The notes: generated by a model from the sequence alone, not told the origin. A DNA stretch of 64,000 bases from Octopus bimaculoides (GCF_001194135.2 NC_068981.1:65349991-65413990); one strand, 5' to 3'; counted from the stretch's first letter, positions 13,365 through 27,118 are shown. Translations and numbers: made by a program.

Positions 13365-14527
13365 CCGATTTTATGACACCCTCTTGCAGACAGAAAGACC
13401 AATTTTATGACATTCTTGCTGACTACCTCATCGACAAATGTCAGGGACCTTCTCTTTGTGGCTAGTGACTTCAACAGGCATGTTGGACAACACCCAGGGA
13501 GTTTCCATGGTGTACATGGTGGCTACAGATTTGGTTCTGAGAGTGTAGCTGCTAGAATAAGAATAGCCTGGGCAAAATTCAGAGAACTCCTACCTCTGCT
13601 TGTAACAAAGGGCCTCTCACTCAGAGTGAAAGGTAGACTATATGATGCATGTGTGTGAACAGCCATGCTACATGGCCATGAAGCATAGGCTGTGATTGCT
13701 GAGGACGTGTGTAGGCTTGAAAGAAACGAAGCTGGTATTCTCTGCTGGATGTGTAATGTCAGTGTGCATGCACAACAGAGTATAAGTGCCTTGAGACAAG
13801 TTGAACATAAGAAGCATCAGATGTGTGCAAGATGGACAACTGCACTGGTATGGTCATGTTTTGTATATGGACAAGGACAGCTGTGTGAAGAAGTGTCACA
13901 GCCTAACAGTGGGGGGAACCTGTGGAAGAGGTTGACCTAGGAAAACATGGGATGAGGTGGTGAAGCATGACCTTTGAATGTTGGGCTTCACAGAGCAAAT
14001 GACAAGTGACCAAGACCTTTGGAGATATGCTGTGCTTAAGAAGACCCAGCTAGCCAAGTGAGATTGTATCCGTGGCTGATGCCAGTGTCACATAACTGGC
14101 CCATTTAAAAGTACCCTTCAATCATTGGGAAATATGTTGTGCTTGAGAAGAGCTGTTGATTCAAGTGAAATCATTGTTGTGGCCGATGCCAGTGCTACCT
14201 GACTGGCACCCATGCCGTGGTACATAAAAAGCACCATCCGAGTGTGGTCGATGCCACTGCCGCCTGACTGGCTCCCGTGCTGGTGACACATACAAAGCAC
14301 CATTTGAGCATGGTAGATGCCAGTGCTGCCTGACTGGCTCCCATGCCAGTGGCATGTAAAAAACACCTACTAACTCTTGGAGTGGTTGATATTAGGAAGG
14401 GCATCCAGCTGTAGAAACCTTAGCAGAATAGATTGGAGCGTTGTGCAGCCTCCACCTTGCCAGTCCTCAGTCAAACCATCCAACCCATGCCAGCATGGAA
14501 AGCAGACGTTAAAAGAGGCTGATGATG
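13365..14527 (+). mobile_element. RTE-clade LINE relic with internal deletion: APE fragment fused to the post-RT region, plus 3' UTR and (GAT)n-like tail
   Basis: APE motif LFVASDFNRHVG..GVHGGYRFGS is joined directly to ESVAARIRIAWAKFRELLPLL..RVKGRLYDACV. 3' UTR has a 65-66 bp tandem array and ends AGCATGGAAAGCAGACGTTAAA..GATGATG. Confidence 0.85.
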
Positions 14528-15017
14528 TACTAACAAGATTGGCCATGTGATACCTTTTGTTGTTTGAAACCTGTATGGAACCTTTCAGATGCTACTTTAA
14601 CCATGTATATTTAAATAATTTAAGGCAGAGGCCCACCGTATCAACTGATACTGGACTTGTATATTGCTTTCAAGTATTAGATTGGCTAGTTTTTTCTATA
14701 CCACAGACATATTTGAGTTGGGCAATGCAATAACATCAGCAACCTAATTACTTATGCTCTAATTAAAAACATGTAATGATAAGTTATCAACTAAATCTAG
14801 CTTTTGCACGTATGGAAAAAGGCAGATATGAAATGAAAATAATCATGTGCTTGATGTATTTTATTTATTACCTAAGCTCTAAAGTTGTTCATATTGTAGA
14901 TTAGTGGTGTGTTATTTTGTCTTAAATGTGTTATTTGCTTTTTATTTTATTTTGGCCTTGGTACATTAAAATTTAACTGGAAAGTAAGTGGAATGCAGTA
15001 AGATAGAAGTTTCTATA

Positions 15018-15247
15018 AGGTGGTGAGCTGGCAGAAACGTTAGCACGCCGGACGAAATGCTTAGCGGTATTTCGTCTGTCTTTATGTTCTGAGTTCAAAT
15101 TCCGCTGAGGTCGACTTTGCCTTTCATCCTTTCGGGGTTGATTAAATAAGTACCAGTCACGCACTGGGGTCGATATAATCGACTTAATCCGTTTGTCTGT
15201 CCTTGTTTGTCCCATCTGTGTGTAGCCCCTTGTGGAAAATAAAGAAA
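15018..15247 (+). mobile_element. Young tRNA-derived SINE family M (central domain resembles MetaSINE)
   Basis: Head GGTGGTGAGCTGGCAGAA..GAGTTCAAATTCC; core GCCTTTCATCCTTTCGGGGTTGAT..AGTACCAG; 18-bp TSD TAAGATAGAA(G/A)TTTCTAT (14999-15016, 15248-15265). Confidence 0.9.
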
Positions 15248-15399
15248 TAAGATAGAAATTTCTATCCGTGTGTGTTTGTGTGTCCCCAACTAGCTGGATC
15301 CTCTTAAAACATCCATCTCATATCAGCAAGGAGAAGAGATATTAAATGATTTTACACAGACACATTAAGCTCATAGTTTTAATGTCAACCTTTCAATAT

Positions 15400-15750
15400 T
15401 TGCACAGATTGGTTGGAATTTGTTGAGACAAATTTTCTATAGCTGGATGCCCTTCCTGTCACCAACCTGTTTCCAAATAAGATGTTTACACTGAAGATTA
15501 GAAATAAGGGACCCCAGTTTTATGACAGTGACACTCATTTATAATTACACTCTTTTAACTACCATGTGATTTCAAGACAGGAAGACACACACAATGGGCT
15601 TCTTTCAGTTTCCATCTACCATATCCACTCACAAGGCTTTGGTAAGCCCAGGACTATAGTAGATGACACTTGCCCAAGGTGTCACAGTAGAACTGAACCT
15701 AAAACCATGTGATTAGGAAGCAAACTTCTTAATTACTCTGTACCTGCACC
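15400..15750 (-). mobile_element. Family A head plus RTE-like 3' tail (composite SINE subfamily)
   Basis: Family A head at 15590-15750; CTGGATGCCCTTCCTGTCACCAACC at the far end matches the RTE 3' UTR motif AGGAAGGGCATCCAGC. Confidence 0.7.
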
Positions 15751-16100
15751 TTAACACATTTTTTAATAATTTCATGGAAAATGGTCTTAACCCTCTAGCA
15801 GACAGTTTTCTGAAGATTTTCTGTATGAAGCTTGCCTGCATGTCTTCATTACACCTGTCTATATGACAGATGAGTTTGTTCATTGCTAAATGGTATTTTA
15901 GGCTTTGTGATTATGCAGAAATCTGGCATCTAGAAAGATGCTCAAATCTTCTTTCTCTCATAATTGAAATTATATTTATCCTGAGGAAGAAGATGCATTG
16001 AAATAGAGCAGATTTAGGGAGCCGTCTACTCTTGAATATTCAGTATTAAACCTGATGTTGTTTTGGAAGGCATTGAACATTCACCAGTTTTTATATTTTC

Positions 16101-16152
<52 letters not shown>

Positions 16153-17462
16153 TCATTAGATTTACTGTGGTATTTATTTTGGCTCTTTGTGTTTTGGGTT
16201 CAAATCCTGCCAAGGTCAGTTTTGCCTTTCATCATTTCAGTCAATAAATAAAATGCTGCTCTAAGGTGGTGGGCTGACAGTCATTAGAGCACCAAGTGAG
16301 ATCACTTGCAGTTATTGTTCCAGCTTTTCATATTCTTAGTTCAAATCCTGCTGTAGCTTACTAGCCACTTTGGAGAGAAGTGGAACCTCCATCATGATCA
16401 ATGATGAATAGTATTATAAAAATCCATCGTATCCAACTGGCTGAGGGTTGCCAGTACTCGATAATGACGACAAAGTGATCACATAAAGCTTCTCTTGCAT
16501 GTATGAAGAGTAACTGTGTGTATATATTATGGACTCATTTTGCTGAGTTTCTCAACTTAAAATATATGTAATATTTGTGTGTTTTGGAGAAGCTGTGTAT
16601 ATTTTATACAATCTCATTCCATATTTTCCACTTAAAACATGATGTATATGTGTGTGCTTGACTTAAAGGAAGAAGAAAGCAAATATTATCTTTTAAGCAC
16701 TTATTTTAATTTTGTTTGCATAGTTCAATAGTATACTTGCAGTGTCAAAATATGATCTTATTTAGTAGTTATTGATTACTGTTCATATTTTTACTTCATA
16801 AGAGATTTTATTATTAGTAATAATAGAACTGAAAACACGACTAAATTTGAAGTTTTGAAGAAACTAGAAATTGAAACATTACATGCCTATATTTAATATG
16901 AACGCATAAAGTTTTTGAACAGTGTTTTTTTTTTCCTTTTTTTTTTTTTTTGAGAGTAATGTTAGAATTCTCTTCTCTTCACAGCACATTTGCACAGAAA
17001 TATTTTGAAAGATACTGATACAAAAGAACAAATTTATTAGAGATTGGCTATAAATTCTGATTCTCCATGCAATCCTGATAGTTAATTGATTCCCAGTGCA
17101 ATCTTCATATCTAATTTCTTGACAATAGTCAAGAATAAAAGGTAGAAATGACACTGGTCAAATTTGCTTTTTATTAGTAAAAGGCAAAATTGACTGTCAT
17201 GCGGATTGAACTCAGTTTCTAGATGTCACCACCACCCAAAAAAAAAAAAAATTTTAATGAGACATTTAGTCTAGTACCCCATCACTTGTCCCAACATAGC
17301 ACTAATAATAATTTTTAATATAAAATTATACATTTCTGATTATAAAGAAATTTAACACCACAAGGCTATGATGCTCTCCTAATTCTCTCACAAGCATCTG
17401 ATGCTCTCCCAATTCTCTCACTCAGCTATCCTTTCTGTCATGTACTAACCAAGGTTTACACC

Positions 17463-18483
17463 TGCTATGTTGGGTACTGATTTCTGACATGCAAAATACT
17501 CTAAAATATGATGCTAATAGGACTAAATCTAAGTGGAAAGTGATATAAATGCTTGGCTCTGTGACTGAGCCAGTGTAGTCCATTGAATACAAAACTATAT
17601 AGATTACATATCAATGTTGTTGACTAATTCCATCTTACAGTTCATTTGCTAATCTTCATTAGACTTCAAAGTAAGATCTTTCACTTGGTTTATTCAACAG
17701 TTTATAAATATGAAACTACTGAAATACAGTAACATGGAATAAACTTTTGACAGGTTTCTTATGTATATAAGTCCATTACTATGCTCAAATAATTAGTTCT
17801 TGAGGAAGAGTAAAAAAATGCACATAGTGCTAAAGGAATAAACATAATTATTTACTCCTTTCTATATATGGTAATAGGAGAAAGGCAAAGTGTTTAAAGC
17901 AAGTGGTAGGATGATTGAATATGGATAGATTCACTGCCTTCCCTTAGTGTGGTACAGTGACTAGGTGAGAGAATGAGAAGGTAACAAAGTTTGAGGGGAG
18001 TGGGTAGGTGGAGACTTAATAATAATAAAAAAAAAACATGCACTCAGTTATTTTGTTTCTACCAGTTGAACAAGAAACCTGTAAACCAGTGAAGCAAACA
18101 ATCAAATCATGTAGAGTAATTGACACAGTGCTTTTTTCTCTTCCTCAAGAATGTAGTTTTACATGCACTTGCATACATAAGAAGCCTGTCAAAAGTTTAT
18201 TTCATGTTGCTGTATTTCAATAGCTTCTTATTTGTAAACTTTTGAATTAAACAAGTGAAAAATCTTACCTTAAAATATTAAGAAGATTAGTAAGCAAACT
18301 ACAGTTAATAAGATTGAATTAGTCAGCAATATTGACATGTAATCTATATAGTTTTGTATTCAATGGACTACATTGGCTCGATCACAGAGCCAAGCATTTA
18401 TATCACTTTCCACTTAGATTTAGCCCTATTAGCATCATATTTTAGAGTATTTTGCATGTCAGAAATAAGTACCCAACATAGCA
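17463..18483. repeat. Long inverted repeat (fold-back): arms ~17463-17825 and ~18125-18483, loop ~300 bp
   Basis: Manual alignment gives 9 mismatches over the outer 175 nt; similarity continues inward at lower identity (e.g. AATAAACTTTTGACAGG and TTCTTGAGGAAGAG in both arms). Confidence 0.95.
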
Positions 18484-19120
18484 AATATAAGATGCACTCA
18501 ACTACAAGTGCATTGCATTTTATAGCATTAACAGCCATAAGCTAACGAAGTTGACGACATAATTACTTCTTCCCTTGTCATTTATTTAACTTACTATTGC
18601 AATGTACTTGACTGATACTTTGTTCTGAAACGTATGTATATTGAGTTCTAACACTAGGTTATTAGTATTGCTAAGCCTAGGCAAAATATTAAAATATGTG
18701 TGTGTGTGGTATGTATAATGTAATATTTTATATGTATTCAATATAAAAGTTCATTCATTTCACACCTGTTTTTTTATGCTTGCATGGGATAGACTGATAT
18801 GTCATTTGAAGAATTGTATTACAGCTGGATGCCCTTTCTGGTCCTTTACCCATTTTTCAAGTAAGGGATCACTTATTCCACATGGCTGCAAATGCTGGAG
18901 GTCCCCAGATGGATTTGTTGATAGGACAAACTGATAACAACACCTCCCACTTTCATAAAAGTGATTGTAAATAGAAACACAAACTCACAGACATACATAA
19001 ACCAATAATCCTTTTTTCAGTTTCTGTCAACCAAATCCACTCAATAAGGTTTTGGTCTATGACGCTGAACCCCAAACCAAGTAGTTGGGAAAAGACTTTC
19101 TCAACTACACTGCTATATAT

Positions 19121-19352
19121 CTGGCTGTCTTGAACAGAGGTCCATATAAGATTTTGCTGTTAAAATTTATATCCAATAAATTGGTTATACTTCTACAATA
19201 CACAAAATATAAAAAAATTTTTTTATACAATTCCTAATATTTAATTATAAAAATACTATAGGATTTTTAAAATGTGGAATGGTTATGAGGGTCTACTCAA
19301 GTAGAATACAAATCGAAAGGGGCCATAGGTGAAAAATGGTTGAGAACCGCTG
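19121..19352. mobile_element. Decayed hAT MITE related to 7971-8320
   Basis: Intact right end GGTTGAGAACCGCTG; shares GGTCCATATAAGATTTT; left end degenerate and no TSD. Confidence 0.6.
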
Positions 19353-19792
19353 GTTTGTATGGCGACAAGAAGGGTATCTGGTTGCAGAAGATTTGGCTCA
19401 AAGCCCACTCTATTCATGTGAGCATGGAAAGTTGATGTTAAAACAACCATGATGATGGTGTGTATGTGTGGTTTAATATGTGAGATATTAAAAAAATAAA
19501 TATTAAAGCTGAAGCTTCTTGAATTGTACCTCCTGATTTTAATGTTGGTGATCATTGAAATCAATGACATGAAATTCCATGAATGAGAAAGCTTCAACTT
19601 GAAAAATATACACACTCTCTCTACACTATGCAATGAGTTCTATTTCCCTGTTTGTAAACACAAATATTCACCAATTCTTTCTCTTTCTCTCATATATATA
19701 TATATACATATATATATCATGAGAAAGAGATGTTTAGTTTTGTATATCAGTATGTATGTAAATATGTATTTTTGCATGTGTGTGTATATGTA

Positions 19793-19825
<33 letters not shown>

Positions 19826-20801
19826 GTGTCTGTGTGTTTCTTTATGCTCGTACAAACATGACCGTGATTTTTTATATAAAGCTATTGAAATATTCTTGCT
19901 TGTAGGCGAAGTGGGTAAAAATCTATGTCCTCCTTCTCTCTCACATACACACATTTCTCCTCTCTCTCTTTCATGTTATTTCATTGACAACAAGACTTAT
20001 AATTTGAATAGTTATATATATATATATATATATGTATAACCATTATATTTTACTGCTACTAGCAGCTGTGAACTTCAAAGGTTTAACTATTGTAGGCATA
20101 AGAAATTTATGTTCCTTGTAATTCAGGTTGAATTTTGCATGTATTTGTTTATATTTATTGCCTTTTTCATTCATCATATCTGTTTATGGCTTTTTGTTGT
20201 TATTTATTTTACTGTCATTTTTCAAAGACTTGGCTGACATAAACTTTTTTTTATGCTTATTTGAAAGAACTAGATTTCTAAATGCTGAATGTGCAAGGTG
20301 TTAGGTATTTTTGTTTATTTTCAAAAAATTTTCTTTCACCTGTGATGTTTATTTATTTTTTTTTTTATTATATCTTACCATTTTCCAAAATTTCATTTAG
20401 CAATCTTTAATAATAATAATAATAATAATAATAATATGAAATGGTACAGTATCAATTTAACCTTGGCCATGACCAAGTTATCTATTAAAACCAAATTAGA
20501 TTTACATCAATGATCTTTTGAAAATATCAATCATTCTATTTATATTGCTTGCAGAGATGTGTTTTGATATTTTTTAATATTTCTTATTGTTTATCTATTA
20601 AATAAACATTGTTCATGGTAGAGAGTGCAGAATTTTTCATGACAAATTGCCATACCTTTAGAATTGAATATCCTTGTGTGTATGTGTATGTATGTTGATG
20701 TTTGAAGTGGGCGTATGTGTATTTCTGTCGATGTCTGAAGTGTGTATGTATGTGATGGGTGTGTGAAATGTGGGTATGTATACATATTTGTTGGTATGTG
20801 C

Positions 20802-20889
<88 letters not shown>

Positions 20890-21182
20890 TATATATATAT
20901 ATAGATATAGATATATATATCTGTTAACATGACGTGTGTGTGTGCATGTGTGTTTTCTCTTTCTCAGAGTAAAAGTGTAAGTTAACTTGAATTGAAGACT
21001 TTCACATCGATTTTGCAAATAATTAAACCGGGTGTTTCACCTACATAGATTTATCCAAATGAGGATGTGTGTTGTTATGTGTGTATGGGTGTGTGTGTGT
21101 ATATATATATATCTATATATATATGATGATGATGATGATATATATATATTATATAAGCGTGCACACATATGTATGTATATAA

Positions 21183-21561
21183 ACTCTAAAAACTTGGCTC
21201 TGCCAGCCACGAATAGCCATGGGTGCACCTCAGAGGTTCGCCTCCGGGCTACAAGTCTGGGCGGAAAGTCACCTCACTAGCGAACGCACAACCTAAGGTT
21301 GTTTTTATGGAAGACCAGCAGTCACCCATGCATACCAGCCTCCCCTCTCCACACCACCAATGTTATCCAAGGGAAAGGCAAAGGCCGATACAGCTTGGCA
21401 CCAGTGATGTTGCAACTGATTTCTACAGCTGAGTGAACTGGAGCAACATGAAATAAAGTGTTTTGCTCAAGAGCACAACACGCAACTTGGCCTGGGAATC
21501 GAACCCACAATCTCACGATCGTAAGCTCAACGCTCTAACCACTGATCCATGGGCCTTCACT
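21183..21561 (-). mobile_element. tRNA-derived SINE family B
   Basis: Head GTGAAGGCCCATGGATCAGTGGTTAGAGCG..GGTTCGATTCCC; body CTCCAGTTCACTCAGCTGTAGAAAT; perfect 13-bp TSD TGTATGTATATAA (21170-21182, 21562-21574). Confidence 0.9.
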
Positions 21562-21899
21562 TGTATGTATATAATGCATGTGTATATATCCTTTATGTAT
21601 ACTGAGTTTTAGGGTAGGTACACCATATATCTGCATGTTGTAAGAAGCAACTAAAAGGATTGGCATAAGATAGAGCATCTGGCTGTAAAACACTGCCTCA
21701 GTAGCCCCATCCAGCTTATGCCAGCCTGAAAAAGAAAATGCATAAACAATTATGATGATAACATCATTCGTTTGTCTATGCATGTTTTCTAAAAGGAAAT
21801 GGTGCCAATTAGAAATTAAAACTCTTGTCATAACTGTAGGTTTGATGTTGCTTCCATAATATAGTATAAACCCACCATTTATAAGATGCTTCCCTATGT

Positions 21900-23100
21900 C
21901 TGACTGTCTCATGTCAGTATGTGTTGGACAAAACTTTTTGAGGCAATGTACTATGGCTACATGCTGTTTCTGGTGCCAACTCTTGCTTGTTTTTAATTTA
22001 GGTTCTTCATTCCACTTGGTCTTCAGTGGTCAGAGGTTGAAAGACATTTATTGCTTGGTGTTGAATACGTAGAACTGGCAGAGCTCTTACTACTTAAATG
22101 ACTTTGAGTGCCACAGGGATTGAAATAGAGGAAGAGTAGATAAAGAGTGTTGCACAGAAAGTGAATGTGTGAAGTGTTATGTCAATTAGGTAAATGATCA
22201 GTTAATACAATGATGCAGATGTTGATGGGCAAAGGCTGATTGGAGGTGAGAAAATGGTTGAGTTTATTTGTTGTATTAATGTGTCTATTGGAGATACAGT
22301 TGGGTGAGAATACTGTGTTGACAGTTCAGAATAGTAAACAATTTTGTCTCTGTATCAGATATGTTTGTGTTGGGAGAAGTGTAAAAGCTAGAAACATACA
22401 TTGCAGTTACAAAAGATGAAGACTTAAGAGAAAGGTGAAGTTAGATGTTTTCATTGAAGAAAGTAATGGTCAAATAGTTTCTAGTGATTGATGTCTATTG
22501 ATTATGTGTTTTCTTGTTTATGATTGATACATGTAGTGATGGTGTATTTTTCTGATGGTGAAGTAGACTTGGTTGTCATGTCCTTGTTTCAAACAGGTTT
22601 TGAGGTTTTTGCACCTGGACAGAGTATTGATCTGGTGTAATATGTCTAAGTTGTGTATGGATGATGCTTATGTGTGAAGGATAGCAGTATCTGGATAATG
22701 TGTAGTTTGAACTTAGAGTAACTATGTTATAAATATCCAGAAAGAAGAATGGACAAGATATTAACATATCATGAGCTACACCAAATATGATAGTATTTTA
22801 AGTAGAAAAATCTGTTAGTTCATGCTGTACAAGATGCTTCCATTTTGAGAAATAGGTGTACCCATACGCAAGTAACTCAGCTAGGAGGTTCTTCTGACGG
22901 GTATAGTTGATGGCTTTGAGGATGTCAAAGATAACAATCATACTTTTTTATAGAGTTCCTGTGATGGTCATTTTGCTGGTGTCAAATGATGGGTAAACTG
23001 CTTCCAGTTTTTAACTTCCTTTGGTGTTATAAACAGTATTTTTCACTTGCACTGTTACAGGGTTGTGGACTTTAGTTGTGTGGGTGAAACATTGAAAAGT
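21900..23100 (-). mobile_element. Highly decayed CR1/L2-like LINE, RT to 3' end
   Basis: Degenerate RT motifs IVIFDILKAIN (cf. LDxSKAFD) and FGVAHDMLISCPFFFLDIYNI (cf. GVPQGSxLSPxLF); many stops. Boundaries approximate. Confidence 0.6.
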
Positions 23101-25223
23101 ATACTGGGGAAGATATTTTCAATCACAACATATGAAATAATAAATTCTGTTGAGTTAGCAGAAATTTTCTCTGTGCACGATTCATTGTCAGTTTTTATAA
23201 ATGTATATCTCATTTGTTAGCAAATTACATAGAAAGAGAAGAAAGAGAGAGAGGAAGAAAGAAAAAAAAGATTATTTACAATGAAATAAAAGATTTTATA
23301 TTTATTTCTTCATTTTATAGTAGTCTGTGATGATATTTTATCATTTGAATTTAGGAAATATATTTTTTTTTATGATCATTACTTTATTTCTTAGTTGTAG
23401 AATAGTTGATATTGACCCAACCCTGTACACACACACACACACACACACACACACCCATTCTGAAATCTTTATTTTGTCTAACCTTTGTCCATCGATTGTG
23501 TGGAACATATACTCAACATCCAATAAAACATCTTCTGGTTAATGTTATTAACTGATCAAAATCTAATAAATGTGACGTCTTGTTCTATTTTAAGTTTATA
23601 TCTCTGTAGAACACGTGTATCAATGAATGCATACAGGACTGTGTGCGTGTGTGCGCAAATATGTCTCTTGGATACAAACAAGGTTGTATCATTAAGAAGT
23701 TTGCTTTGGAATTATGAAGTCCTGGGTTTGAGCCCATGGTCTGGTATCTTGGGTATCTTTTATCAGCCTTGGATCAACCCAAGGCTCGTGAGTGAAATTG
23801 GGTTATTAGAAACTGTAAGAAACCATTACTCCATTAAAACTTGTGGGTATTTAAGCAATGTGTTCATGGATAGTTGATAGGTTGGATGAAGTGCTGATGA
23901 AAGGAAAATAATCCTTGGAATATGTATATACACCCACTACCTATTTTTATATCTTCTATCACATTGTTTACATAGATGTATTTGTTTATGAAACATTGTA
24001 ACTTGCAGTGCTGGCTCTGAATTCTATAGAAAATCTATAGAGATCATACTAAAATGAAATTTAGGTGTTATTAACATGTGGTAAGGCACAGTATTGGCTT
24101 AATAAACTTATGATATACTTAGTTGTGTATTATTAGTGCAAACGAAATATTGCTGCTTTCCTAGCAATCAAACTGGACAGAAAGTACTACTTGTAAGTCA
24201 AAGTGTCAGTATTGTTGCATATTATGTTAAGCAAATGTTAACAGATGATTACATTAAAGCTACAAGTGTCTGTGGAATACTCAACCACTTACACATAAGT
24301 TCAATGAGTAGGTAGTTCAATTGCTCAAACTGTTGGAATACTGTTGGCATTGACACCAACTAGACTTATAATTATTTCATCAACTTAGGAAGGATTTGAA
24401 TTTAGAATGTCAAGGAATACAACTAAACACCACAAAGCATTTTGTCTGTCAAGTGCAAGATAGTTCGATAATATTCAAAATCTCAGTTGGTCAGGCTTGG
24501 GAATCCAGCAGTAAAGTGTAAACAGTGTTGTGTCTGAGGCCTCTACATCTCAAGAGTAGTGGGCAGCAAAACTAGATGGAACTCTACCACTCCTTTGCAC
24601 TTCAATGATAATAATGATGATGATTTCAGTGACTTCTAAACATGAGCAAAAAGCTACAAATGTGTTTGTAGTCAATTACACTGGTCCCAGTACTTGACTA
24701 GTACTTACTTATCAACCACATAACTAATTAACCATGAAGCATTTTCATCAAGCTATCAAGCATTAGTAATTATGACAGCAATATTTATACCAGTTGCAGT
24801 CTTGTTAATTAATAACTACATCAGAAAAGATGCATAATGAAAAATGAAAGCTGATTGCAGTATTACCTCTTTGAAGTCTTCTGTTGTTATTATTTATCTT
24901 TATCTCTACTGTTATAACAAATCACAGTCTCTTCTACCTGGTCCTGTTCTGCTTCTATTTATCTCATTTCTATTAACCAATCTAGTTTGTGTTTGAATCA
25001 TTTATGAAACAAAATCTTAGTTATAAGATTATTTTTTTAGATCATTAACCTCCTCTTTAGAGACAAAATTTCTTTGAATATTTAATATTAAAATCTACAC
25101 TTTGGTTTGATCTCTGAATTTCATCAGGTGTTTTATTCTTGGATGTTTACATTAATACCAGATTGAATTTGAACTAGGGACCTTCATTGCTACTATCTTA
25201 TCTTCTGTAATATAATCATTATT

Positions 25224-25605
25224 GTGGAGGCACAATGGCCCAGTGGTTAGGGCAGCGGACTCGCGGTCATAGGATCGTGGTTTCGATTCCCAGACCAGGC
25301 GTTGTGAGTGTTTATTGAGCCAAAACACCTAAAGCTCCACGAGACTCCGGCAGGGGATGGTGGCGAGCCCTGTTGTACTCTTTCACCACAACTTTCTCTC
25401 ACTCTTACTTCCTGTTTCTGTTGTGCCTGTAATTCAAAAGGCCAGCCTTGTCACACTGTGTCACGCTGAATATCCCCGAGAACTACATTAAGGGTACACG
25501 TGTCTGTGGAGTACTCAGTCACTTGCACGTTAATTTCACAAGCAGACTATTCCATTGATTGGATCAACTGGAACCCTCAACGTTGTAAGCGATGGAGTGC
25601 CAACC
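25224..25605 (+). mobile_element. tRNA(Arg-like)-derived SINE family C
   Basis: Head GTGGAGGCACAATGGCCCAGTGGTTAGGGCAGCGGACTCGCGG..GGTTTCGATTCCC; perfect 10-bp TSD AATCATTATT (25214-25223, 25606-25615). Confidence 0.9.
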
Positions 25606-27057
25606 AATCATTATTATCAGTGTTGTTTTGTTCCACTTGATTCCTTTCTTTACCCACTCTTTTTTTTAACACTTTTATAAAGATAACTTTTTTTTATCTT
25701 TACAAAAGAATTTTCAAATAAAGAACAAGGTTGTTTAGAATTGAGGATTACTTTTCTGCTCTCATCATTTTACTAACATGTTTGCAATTTGTTAAAGATT
25801 TCAATCAATTTCTTTTTTTAAATCATATATTTTAATATATGTGTATGTATTTGTTTTAAAGCTAGAGAGGTGTATTGCATAAGGAGGTAGAATGAGTTAT
25901 TGTTTTAGTTCATTTAGTTAGTATCTTCTATTTCTAAGTTTAAATTCTGCATTTCAAACCTCATTTATCATTTTTTTTCCCTTTACTATTTAGCACAAAG
26001 CTATTGAGGGGAAACTTTTGTTGTTTTACATTAATATTCTAACTGCTAAATTCTGTAAGTTTGGAAACTGTTATAAGATGGGCTGACAGATGAAAGCTGA
26101 GATATATTTCTTCTCCAGAGAAACAGTCTGTTATCAGTATAAGTATGGTTTGAACTGTTTTGTAGTTTAGAATTGTAACTTCTGAGATTCATGAAATAAG
26201 TACCTATAAGGTATAGGATGTCAAATTCAGTTAATCTCTGTCTCACATAACAACATACCTTATGCATCCAGGAAAGATGTTCTTGTAACATATTTAACGT
26301 TTCCTTAGTTCATAGAAGTTTATAAGGGCTGGTGCTTAAGTCTGGTTTCATGACATTATGTAAGTGAGGGATAAATCTCCCTCTGGATAGGGCATTAGTC
26401 TTTCACCTGTTGTTGCTATTTACAGACACCTATGATCTTTTACCATTGCCAAACAAATCCAAGACCACATTATTCAACATGTCCTTTGCTAAGATATCAT
26501 TTTGTGTCCATTCTCCATGTTGGCATGAGTTGGACAGTACCACAGGATCCAAGAGGATGGAGGACCACATCACGCTGCAATCTCTCAGTTGTGGTGTGGT
26601 TTCTACAACTTGATCCCCTTCCTAACATGAGCTACTTCACAGATTGTACTGGATGCTTTTTTCTGTGTGTGATAACCAGCACTTATGAGGTTGTCTTAAA
26701 TAGCCTTCTTAACTGAGGATTCTTTAGTCTTGCTACCCATATGAAGACAATAGGTGGGAGGTTATTTGAAAGAGATGTGGTTGCTATTTCTAGCAGACTG
26801 AATGACCACAAAAAAGTTTCCTCATTAGACTGCAGCACCTACTCTGTGTGTGTGTGTGTGTGTAATTTATCTTGTTTCAGTCATTACTGTCATCATGCTG
26901 GGGCATCATCTTGAAGAATTTTTTGCCAAATGAATTGTCCCCACCACTTTTACTTTTTAAAGCCTGTTACTTATTCTATTAGCTTTGCTGAACTGCTAAG
27001 TTATGAGGATGTAAACAAACCAACACTGTTTGTCAAGCAGTGGTGGGTGACAAACAG

Positions 27058-27118
<61 letters not shown>

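Noticed and set aside
25224-25300. tRNA-like sequence (also at 21490-21561, 45614-45690)
   Set aside because: These are SINE heads continuing into SINE bodies with TSDs, not tRNA genes.
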